DNA from: Thermoplasmata archaeon
GTDB lineage: Archaea > Thermoplasmatota > E2 > DHVEG-1 > B18-G2
Length of the DNA stretch: 27,445 nt
Assembly (NCBI GenBank): GCA_021163455.1
Contig: JAGGWT010000027.1
Location: 1 to 27,445 of the forward strand
Direction of reading: 5' to 3'
Shown here one piece after another: positions 18,285-25,210 of this stretch. The position numbers and the translations under genes are program-made. The notes under the pieces are model-generated. The model ran no database searches, was not told the DNA's origin, and was given only the letters and a program-made list of their open reading frames with translations. How positions within the stretch are numbered: the first letter of the stretch is position 1; each line of letters begins with the position of its first letter.

Positions 18285-19037
18285 TTATTCTTTCTCAGAT
18301 TCCTCTGATTTTTCCTCCTCTGGAACTTCTTCCTTTTCCTCCGCTTTTTCCTCGGTTTCAGACTTCTCTTCTTCTTTCTTTTCTTCCTTTGGAGTCTCTT
18401 TTTCCTCTTTCTTAACTTCCTCCTCTGCGGTCTCCTCGGGAACGGGTCTCTTCAAAAGTTCGGTTTTGTATATCTCGACTCTTCTGAGATGATAGAGCTT
18501 CTTACACGCTTTGGATATCTCCTTGGGAAGCTCATCTTCCATTATGCCTTTGATAAGTTCATCCAGAGTCCTTTCTCTGGCATATGACTCGATAACTTCC
18601 CTCATCATCTCCCTTAATCTGTGCTTTAGAGAGGTCTGTATTCTCTTATCAGTTGTTGCAAGCGGTTTTATCCTTATTACGGCACCGTCTCTGGTTGTGA
18701 CATCAAACACACCGTCTATTTTTGACCTCCTTCTCCTCACCAGCCTTCTGACATAATCGTTCGTCATGGAATGTCCTATAAAGTATGTATGAGCATCGGT
18801 CCCATCAACGTTATCTATCTTGAAGTAGAGCTTTATGTGCGATTTCCTGAAATCACCCGTAAGGTCTTGGAGAGAGACCTCAGCAACTCTGTTTATGAGC
18901 AGTTCCTGACTCGCTGCGGGGGTTTCTGCTATCACAACGTTGTTGAATAGAGATGGCGCTAACACTCTGTACCAGACCTTTGCTTTCCATTTATCCTTGA
19001 TCTTTCTCGCGGCTACCCTTGCCTTTGCTTTTGCCAT
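18285..19037 (-). CDS. rps3ae: 30S ribosomal protein eS1 (S3Ae) with a long acidic tail
   Basis: KIKDKWKAKVWY, LINRVAEVSLQDLTGD, IKLYFKI, DYVRRLVRRRRSKID and RRVEIYK. RBS AGGTGG before ATG 19037. Confidence 0.95.
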   Translation of the reverse strand: MAKAKARVAARKIKDKWKAKVWYRVLAPSLFNNVVIAETPAASQELLINRVAEVSLQDLTGDFRKSHIKLYFKIDNVDGTDAHTYFIGHSMTNDYVRRLVRRRRSKIDGVFDVTTRDGAVIRIKPLATTDKRIQTSLKHRLREMMREVIESYARERTLDELIKGIMEDELPKEISKACKKLYHLRRVEIYKTELLKRPVPEETAEEEVKKEEKETPKEEKKEEEKSETEEKAEEKEEVPEEEKSEESEKE

Positions 19038-19072
19038 GTTGAACCACCTGGAGGTGGTAATATGATATATGA

Positions 19073-19083
19073 TACTTAAATTT
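19073..19083 (-). promoter_or_regulatory. TATA box of rps3ae
   Basis: Minus-strand AAATTTAAGTA; implies a transcription start near 19049-19050. Confidence 0.55.
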
Positions 19084-19098
19084 ATATGGTAGTGAGGT

Positions 19099-19112
19099 AA
19101 AAAGAGAAGAAA
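19099..19112 (-). terminator. Pyrimidine/U-tract terminator of the H/ACA RNA
   Basis: TTTCTTCTCTTTTT begins 3 nt after the final ACA box. Confidence 0.6.
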
Positions 19113-19254
19113 GATTGTCGGATGCCAGGGTATCCTCCTCATCATTTGGGGACACCCAGTCCCCTTCATCTGGGAGGGACCCCTGCTGGCATCCCTGTCG
19201 CCTTGCGCTTGCACCTCTGATCATCGAATCACAGAGGCCTTCGATACAAGGCAT
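19113..19254 (-). ncRNA. Box H/ACA pseudouridylation guide sRNA with two hairpins
   Basis: Hairpin 1: GCCUUG/CAAGGC lower stem, pocket, GCCUCUG/CAGAGGU upper stem, K-loop (UGA-UUCGAU-GAU), then G-ACA at 19198-19196. Hairpin 2: GGAUGCCAG/CUGGCAUCC, pocket, CCUCC/GGAGG, K-turn (AUGA with AUGAUGA), apical GGGGAC/GUCCCC, then G-ACA at 19118-19116. Pocket-to-ACA spacings are 14 and 15 nt. Ends are approximate. Confidence 0.85.
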
Positions 19255-19275
19255 TAATCTATTGATTTTCACGAT

Positions 19276-19290
19276 TGATTAAATTTACGG
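19276..19290 (-). promoter_or_regulatory. BRE-TATA promoter of the H/ACA RNA
   Basis: Minus-strand CCGTAAA-TTTAATCA, about 25-30 nt upstream of hairpin 1. Confidence 0.55.
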
Positions 19291-19310
19291 TGCCATTTTT
19301 GCAACATTTC

Positions 19311-19680
19311 TCATCTATCCACAGCTAACTTCTTAACATCTATATCAAATCTCCACACAGAATATCCTCTCGTTCCGGCGAATAGTAAACCATTGAACTC
19401 CTTCATGTCATAGAAAATGAACATCAACAAAGTCTTCCTGATTTATGATTTTCCAGCTTTTTCCACCATCTTCGCTCCGCCACACGCCGCCGAAGCCGTG
19501 CGAGACAAACATCACACCTTTGCTGGTTGAAAAGATAAAATGCATGTCTCCTCCGTCCATGCCTTCCAGCTGTTCCCATTCTCCATAAACCACAACATAT
19601 GTTCTCTGGACACATCCTGAGAGAAGAGAAAACATCATTATACCTGCAAACAGTGCAGGTAAGACCCATGCACTCTTATC
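19311..19680 (-). pseudogene. Remnant of a lipoprotein with BNR/Asp-box beta-propeller blades (frameshifted, probably internally deleted)
   Basis: Lipobox LLSGC, Asp-box WRSEDGGKSW. A frameshift at the T4 run (19414-19417) joins ...DVHF to YDMKEFNGLLFAGTRGYSVWRFDIDVKKLAVDR* (19412-19311). Confidence 0.7.
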
Positions 19681-19734
19681 ACACCAGAATGGACAACAAC
19701 CTTCTTAAGATTTTCAGAAAAAACTCCAGTACAG

Positions 19735-19742
19735 TTTAAAAA
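19735..19742 (+). promoter_or_regulatory. TATA box of tRNA-Thr
   Basis: TTTAAAAA about 27-34 nt upstream of the mature tRNA 5' end. Confidence 0.5.
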
Positions 19743-19768
19743 CTGTTAAGAAATACCATCTTAGTGAA

Positions 19769-19841
19769 GCCGGCGTAGCTCAGCTGGTAGAGCGGGTGAC
19801 TCGTAATCACCAGGTCGAGGGTTCAAATCCCTCCGCCGGCT
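19769..19841 (+). tRNA. tRNA-Thr(CGU), no intron, CCA not encoded
   Basis: Acceptor GCCGGCG/CGCCGGC, D arm GCTC/GAGC, anticodon arm GGTGA-CTCGTAA-TCACC (CGT at 19802-19804), T arm GAGGG-TTCAAAT-CCCTC, discriminator U. Confidence 0.97.
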
Positions 19842-19844
19842 CTG

Positions 19845-21128
19845 TTAATGATAAGGCTCTTTTGCTGGATGAAGATCGACGTTTATCCATGGAAGCTCTA
19901 TTGCATAGAACGGAGTTACAGGGATGCGCATCTTTCCGGAGATAATCTTTGGACCCGAAGAGTGACCACTCCAGTAATTTCCAATCCATCGGTTGAATGA
20001 GAGAACCGGTGTGCAGAAACTTGCATCCACGCCATTGTCGATAAAGTTATTCTTCTGTATCACATTACCCCTGCATTTTGTTGCAAGGAATGAGCCAAGA
20101 TACAGACCAAAATCGGTGTTAAGGGATATGTTATTTCTGTACACTGTGTTTTTCACTCCTTCCACCGATATTCCGATTTTGCTGTGAACAATGCTATTTT
20201 CTGATATGTTGTTACCCTGCGACCAACCCTTAACAATACATATCCCGCACCATCCTCCACACTCTTCTATGTCATTCTGTGAAATTCTATTGAAGGAGCC
20301 ACCCTGCACACTTATGCCAAAAGAACCTCCCTGTGTGATTGTATTTTCAAAAACGATATTGTAATCAGAGTATGGAGCAAGAAGAATTCCTCCGGTGTTA
20401 TCATGCAGTGTATTTAGTGAGATGTTGTTATGGGATGCAGACCATAGAGAGATGGCAATATCTGATAACGTTATCTGGTTATTCGAGATGGTCACATTCT
20501 GACAACCATCCAGAGATATTCCGCATCCCTCAAACTCCGAGATGTTGCCCGCATATTTAGAAAAGACACCGCTGGTAATATTTGAGATTGTACAATCCGA
20601 GACCATCATATCATGGGACTGAGCAAGCACAATACCAGAAAATCCATCCAGAAAATCACATCCTGAAATAATGCTATTGTATGATGAAAATGCAAACAAA
20701 CCGCAGTCGTTGTTCTCGAAGTTACAGTCATGAATGTTCAGATTCTCCACCTCATATGTAACGATACCTGCATGTGGGTATGAGCCACCTGTTATGGTGA
20801 ATTGCGATATCTCAACATTATTTGCTGTAACATTTATCGCATATCCGAAGGCGGCGGCGATTATTGTGCTATCTCTGCTTTCTCCTATCAGTTTTATCTG
20901 CTTGCTTACCAGGACACTCTCATTATATACTCCGCTGTATACAAAAATAGTATCTCCATCTGCTGCATCATCTACAGCTTGCTGTATGCTGCTGTAATTT
21001 CCTTCACCACTTCCTCCGACATACAGCACTCTACCCTTGCCGTAAAGATATAATCCGTTTGTTGGAACAACAGCAACCACAATCAACATGAGGAAGACAG
21101 AAACAGGCAACATCATCTTTCCTCTCAT
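19845..21128 (-). CDS. Secreted right-handed parallel beta-helix (NosD/CASH) protein
   Basis: Signal peptide, VLYVGGSGEGNYSSIQQAVDDAADGDTIFVYSGVYNE, repeated I-S/T-x-N-x-I beta-helix turns, C-terminal GNYW...PWINVDLHPAKEPY. Confidence 0.85.
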   Translation of the reverse strand: MRGKMMLPVSVFLMLIVVAVVPTNGLYLYGKGRVLYVGGSGEGNYSSIQQAVDDAADGDTIFVYSGVYNESVLVSKQIKLIGESRDSTIIAAAFGYAINVTANNVEISQFTITGGSYPHAGIVTYEVENLNIHDCNFENNDCGLFAFSSYNSIISGCDFLDGFSGIVLAQSHDMMVSDCTISNITSGVFSKYAGNISEFEGCGISLDGCQNVTISNNQITLSDIAISLWSASHNNISLNTLHDNTGGILLAPYSDYNIVFENTITQGGSFGISVQGGSFNRISQNDIEECGGWCGICIVKGWSQGNNISENSIVHSKIGISVEGVKNTVYRNNISLNTDFGLYLGSFLATKCRGNVIQKNNFIDNGVDASFCTPVLSFNRWIGNYWSGHSSGPKIISGKMRIPVTPFYAIELPWINVDLHPAKEPYH

Positions 21129-21203
21129 ATTCTACCTCCATTGATGGCTGCGCCGCCTGCAGCAGCTACCTTTCCGGTGATTAATATTTCAACATTTATT
21201 TAT

Positions 21204-23273
21204 TTACTTTTTTCTTTTTATATTATTTATGAGAATAACCGCAAGAATGATGCACGCGAAAATCCAGGGTACATCCAGACCCGGTGTTTTCTTTTCCTCA
21301 CTGATGGTTACAGAGGTGGAATTCATGCTCACCTTTCCACCGTTATCTACAACAGTCAGAGTGACCATGTATGTACCAGCCCTCTTGTAAGTGTGGGTCA
21401 CAATCTTTCCCTCGGCTGTGCTGCCATCACCAAAATCCCAGATATAGCTTATTATTTCTCCATCCGGGTCATAGCTGGAGGAACCATCAAACGTGATTTC
21501 TTCATTTGCCTTCCCTTTGTATGGTCCACCGGGATCAGAGATGGGCGCCACATTGACCTCTTCTTCCATTACTATGGCATACGTCTTTGCAATGTTGCTG
21601 GTGCCGTTGTTGTCTATGACTGTTAAAGTTACCGTATAATTACCTGCTTTTGTGTATGTATGCGTCGGGTTTTCCGCGAGAATTTCTCCACTTCCGTCAC
21701 CAAAATCCCATCTGTAGAATTTTATCTCTCCATCCGGGTCGTATGATTTTGAACCATCAAACTGTATGGGCATACCAACAAATCCCTGATAAGGTCCACC
21801 CGGGTCTGAGACCGGCTTATCATTTGTCGGAGGTATGGGTACAGTATTGAATACCCATATATCAGATACATTTTCCAGCTTCGAATCGTTGACCACAACA
21901 TACCACGCCATCACCGTATCATACGGGAGATGAAGAGTGCAAGATGCTATCCCACCATTCGGTATATCGTGCCTCTCTGCAAGGAGGTAATTATCGCTTG
22001 CTCTGTAGAAATAGACAGATAGTTTATCACTATCCGGATCAGTAACCTTTACCTGAAGAACAGGGGATAGACCAACATTGGATTCCCCATCCTTGGGTGA
22101 GATAACTTCCGGCTTGTTTGGAGGTTTGAGGAAATTTCCGGTTGGGTATCTATCTGTACCGCCGCCCTGTATGTTGTAAGGATAATCTCCTATGCCATCA
22201 TGATTTCTGTCCACATCGTTATAATCGTCCCAGTAGTTGCCCACCTCTCCATTGTCCCACATATTCTTCCCATTACCCTTTGCATGGTTGCTGTTTTTGA
22301 GAAACCTGTTTTTGTAAATCATGTTGTTTTCACAATCTGTGGAGCTCGCATCTATTGCATACAGCATGGAGTTTGTAAACAGATTATCAAGAATGGTATT
22401 GTTGTTTCCGTGCAGAACCAGAGCGATATCATTACCATCGAATGTGTTATTCCTTACGGTGCAGTCTATTCCGTTGAGATTCAATCCGGTGGGATTCTGG
22501 GAAAAGGTATTCCTGTAAATCGTGCTGTTGTCAACATTGTAAAGATTTATACCAGCAACATTGTTGTGTTTCATGGTATTGTTGGTTATGTTGAAACCGG
22601 TGCAGCTCTGAACGTAAATACCATACTGATTGTAAAGGAGAGTGTTTCCATAAACGATGCCATTCTGCGAGTTAAAGAACTTTATTCCCGCAACGGTACA
22701 GTTTGTTATGTTATTATTCGTGAAGGCATCATTTACGGATGATGTTACATAGATTCCCTTACCTCCTCTTATAACATTCTCACCTATGGTATCCCCATCA
22801 GAGGAATCTAGGTATATGGCCCAGATGTCACCTGTTACATTTATGAAATTTCCCTGAATGATAATATTATCAGATTTAACATAAACTGCGGCAACATAGC
22901 AGCCCTTTGCTGCTTTTATTGTAAAATCTTCGATTGTAACAAAATCCGCTATCACTTCTATTGTGTATCTGTGACTGTCGTTCTTCCATATAGTTGTGTT
23001 TTCTTTACTCAGACCCTGGAGAGTGATCTCCTTATCAATAAGAAGGGTTTCATTATAAATGCCCGGGAAGACGTATATCGAATCTCCATCCTCTGCATTG
23101 TCTATTGCCTGCTGTATGGATGTGTAAGGGTGTTCCACGCTACCGTCTCCATCGCTGTACGGGTAAGATACATCAACATAAATATCTCTTGCATGGCCTG
23201 ACATCGCTATGAAAAGAACAAATAAACCGATTGCAAGACCAGATACCAAATATACCGCTCTTCTCACCACCAT
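21204..23273 (-). CDS. Surface protein: NosD/CASH beta-helix, Ig-like linker, two PKD domains, PGF-CTERM-like anchor
   Basis: GDGSVEHPYTSIQQAID, GNYWDDY, two P.SDPGGPY..FDGS.SYDPDGEI..Y.WDFGDG PKD repeats, and C-terminal TPGLD-hydrophobic-KRKK. Confidence 0.87.
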   Translation of the reverse strand: MVVRRAVYLVSGLAIGLFVLFIAMSGHARDIYVDVSYPYSDGDGSVEHPYTSIQQAIDNAEDGDSIYVFPGIYNETLLIDKEITLQGLSKENTTIWKNDSHRYTIEVIADFVTIEDFTIKAAKGCYVAAVYVKSDNIIIQGNFINVTGDIWAIYLDSSDGDTIGENVIRGGKGIYVTSSVNDAFTNNNITNCTVAGIKFFNSQNGIVYGNTLLYNQYGIYVQSCTGFNITNNTMKHNNVAGINLYNVDNSTIYRNTFSQNPTGLNLNGIDCTVRNNTFDGNDIALVLHGNNNTILDNLFTNSMLYAIDASSTDCENNMIYKNRFLKNSNHAKGNGKNMWDNGEVGNYWDDYNDVDRNHDGIGDYPYNIQGGGTDRYPTGNFLKPPNKPEVISPKDGESNVGLSPVLQVKVTDPDSDKLSVYFYRASDNYLLAERHDIPNGGIASCTLHLPYDTVMAWYVVVNDSKLENVSDIWVFNTVPIPPTNDKPVSDPGGPYQGFVGMPIQFDGSKSYDPDGEIKFYRWDFGDGSGEILAENPTHTYTKAGNYTVTLTVIDNNGTSNIAKTYAIVMEEEVNVAPISDPGGPYKGKANEEITFDGSSSYDPDGEIISYIWDFGDGSTAEGKIVTHTYKRAGTYMVTLTVVDNGGKVSMNSTSVTISEEKKTPGLDVPWIFACIILAVILINNIKRKK

Positions 23274-23329
23274 TCCGAATATCGTATGGGGAAATATATA
23301 TTTATGAGTTTAGTTCTGGTGAAGAGGAC

Positions 23330-23785
23330 ATGAAAAAAGTGTGCGTAGGAGGAACCTTTGACAGGCTGCACAGAGGGCATAAGGTGCTGATAGAGAAAGC
23401 TTTTGAGATCGCTGGGAAAGAGGGGAAGGTTATAATAGGCCTGAGCGCCGGCGCACTCGCTGAAAAGAAAAAGAACTGCCTTGATTTCAACGAGAGAAAG
23501 AAGAATCTGGAGAATTTTCTCAAAGCCAGGGGCTTCAGTAATTATGAAATCTACCCGATCCATGATAAATATGGATTGACCCTAGTCGAGGATTTTGATG
23601 TGATAGTTGTTTCTGAGGAAACATTCGATGTTGCTGTGGAGATAAACAGAATGAGGAAAGAGAGGGGCATGACAGAGATGGAGATAGTGAAAATTCCCAT
23701 GATAAAGGCTGAAGATGGCAGACCGATATCTTCTTCCAGAATAAAGAAAGGAGAGATCGATGAGGAGGGCAGATTGATCAGATGA
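23330..23785 (+). CDS. coaD: Archaeal phosphopantetheine adenylyltransferase (cytidylyltransferase family)
   Basis: VGGTFDRLHRGH (HxGH), IHDKYG, IVVSEET and ISSSRI. ATG 23330 preferred because 23231 overlaps the divergent gene. Confidence 0.85.
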   Translation: MKKVCVGGTFDRLHRGHKVLIEKAFEIAGKEGKVIIGLSAGALAEKKKNCLDFNERKKNLENFLKARGFSNYEIYPIHDKYGLTLVEDFDVIVVSEETFDVAVEINRMRKERGMTEMEIVKIPMIKAEDGRPISSSRIKKGEIDEEGRLIR

Positions 23786-23851
23786 TTTCCATCCTGAGGT
23801 TGATAAACATTATATACAGATTGTGGTTAAGGAGTTTGGAAGGTGAAAAAC

Positions 23852-24151
23852 ATGGTATACGCGATATTTGAAATCAAGAAGGAGGATTCCAGAAAGATAG
23901 ACGAAGTCCTGAAAGATGATCTGGTGAGCAGACAGAGTATAACAACCAGAGATGCATCATCCCTCGACATAGACAAGGATGTGGTTTATGTTAAGATTGA
24001 GGGTAGCGAAGAAGGTATAAAGAGAGCCGAGGAACTCTTCAAGGAATTCTCTGCAAAGAAACTCGACGAGAAAGAGGCGGAAGAAATCAACAAAAAGATG
24101 GAGGCGCAGGACGAGAGCGCAGCACTAGGTCTTGGAAATGTATTTGGCTGA
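23852..24151 (+). CDS. Small conserved-looking hypothetical protein
   Basis: Clean ORF with RBS AGGTGA before ATG 23852 (GTG 23843 is an alternative); ends QDESAALGLGNVFG. Confidence 0.75.
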   Translation: MVYAIFEIKKEDSRKIDEVLKDDLVSRQSITTRDASSLDIDKDVVYVKIEGSEEGIKRAEELFKEFSAKKLDEKEAEEINKKMEAQDESAALGLGNVFG

Positions 24152-24153
24152 AA

Positions 24154-25155
24154 TCAGAGACTCCAGTACTTCTTCAGTATCTTTTTAAGCTCGTCTATCC
24201 TGTCCCTTGCATAAATCAATTCCTCCACTTTTTCTCTGTAATTGAACTCTTCACCATGCATTGCATATATCTCAGAGAGTACAAGTACACCGAGTTTGCT
24301 GAGATTGTATCCCCCCTCCAATGAGCATACAATTTTGGGCTGAACAGATCTGAGCTTTTCTATAATTCTGTAAAAACTCTCTGCCGATAACCTGAGACCT
24401 CCAAGCGCATCCTGATAGTGAGAATCGAAACCGGAGGATACTATGATTAAGTCCGGCTTGAACTGCTCAGCCACAGGTAGAAAAATTTCATCCATAGCAT
24501 CCATGATGGTCTTATCTCCGGCACCCCTTGGTAAAGGCAGATTTATGGTGTACCCTTCTCCCCCATCTCTACCGACCTCATCGATGTCTCCGGTTCCGGG
24601 GTAATGTGGGGATAGATGAAACGATTGATACATCACTCTATCACTCTCATAGAAAATGTCCTGGGTTCCATTTCCGTGATGGACATCATGGTCAAAAATC
24701 AACACCTTCTTGTTTTCCTTTGATATGATGTGGGCTGCCAGGGCAACGTTGTTAATCAGGCAGAATCCCATCGACCTGTTTCTGGTTGCATGGTGTCCCG
24801 GAGGTCTAACCAGAGCAAAACCAGCATCGAATTCTCCAGATAACACCTCGGATGCCAGCATAACGACCCCGCCGGCTGCAAGCCTTGCTATCTCATAGGA
24901 GCCGGGACACACGTATGTATCCATATCCACCCATCCACCGGTTTCGCTTAATCTTTTTACATTCTCTACCATCTCTTTTGAGTGGATCTCCAGAATCTTC
25001 TCTTCATCCGCTGGCTCGGGAGAAACTATCTTTATCTTCTCGAAAATCTCGGACTTTTTCAGGTCACGCATTATGGATATTAACCTCTCGGAGTTTTCTG
25101 GATGGTTGAAGTTATCATGCTCCAGGAATTTATCCGAATAAACCACCGAAATCAT
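24154..25155 (-). CDS. Zn-dependent histone deacetylase/AcuC family hydrolase
   Basis: HPE, RPPGHHA, GFC, DHDVHHGNGTQ, GFDSH..D and LEGGY. Confidence 0.93.
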   Translation of the reverse strand: MISVVYSDKFLEHDNFNHPENSERLISIMRDLKKSEIFEKIKIVSPEPADEEKILEIHSKEMVENVKRLSETGGWVDMDTYVCPGSYEIARLAAGGVVMLASEVLSGEFDAGFALVRPPGHHATRNRSMGFCLINNVALAAHIISKENKKVLIFDHDVHHGNGTQDIFYESDRVMYQSFHLSPHYPGTGDIDEVGRDGGEGYTINLPLPRGAGDKTIMDAMDEIFLPVAEQFKPDLIIVSSGFDSHYQDALGGLRLSAESFYRIIEKLRSVQPKIVCSLEGGYNLSKLGVLVLSEIYAMHGEEFNYREKVEELIYARDRIDELKKILKKYWSL

Positions 25156-25210
25156 GATGGAAAAATTGGTTTGATATATTTAAGTAGTTGTTATCTATTT
25201 TTGCTGGTAG

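Noticed and set aside
18285-18440. GAA/AAG-rich repeat-like DNA
   Set aside because: Low-complexity acidic tail of eS1 with no fixed repeat unit.
19113-19254. Alternative reading of the hairpins as SECIS, terminators or a C/D guide
   Set aside because: No in-frame UGA selenoprotein nearby. The paired ACA boxes, pockets and 14-15 nt spacing fit H/ACA, and there is no terminal C...D box pair.
19038-19272. 59-aa N-terminal extension of eS1 and the overlapping 93-aa ORF
   Set aside because: They run through the rps3ae promoter and the H/ACA RNA; the real start has its own RBS at 19037.
19769-19845. tRNA-Thr as an integration site for a mobile element
   Set aside because: No duplicated tRNA 3' end, integrase or transposase seen; GCCGGCG at 314-320 is only a 7-nt chance match.
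21129-21180. GC-rich hairpin upstream of the NosD RBS
   Set aside because: Short, mismatched stem on the mRNA strand; no recognisable riboswitch or terminator features.
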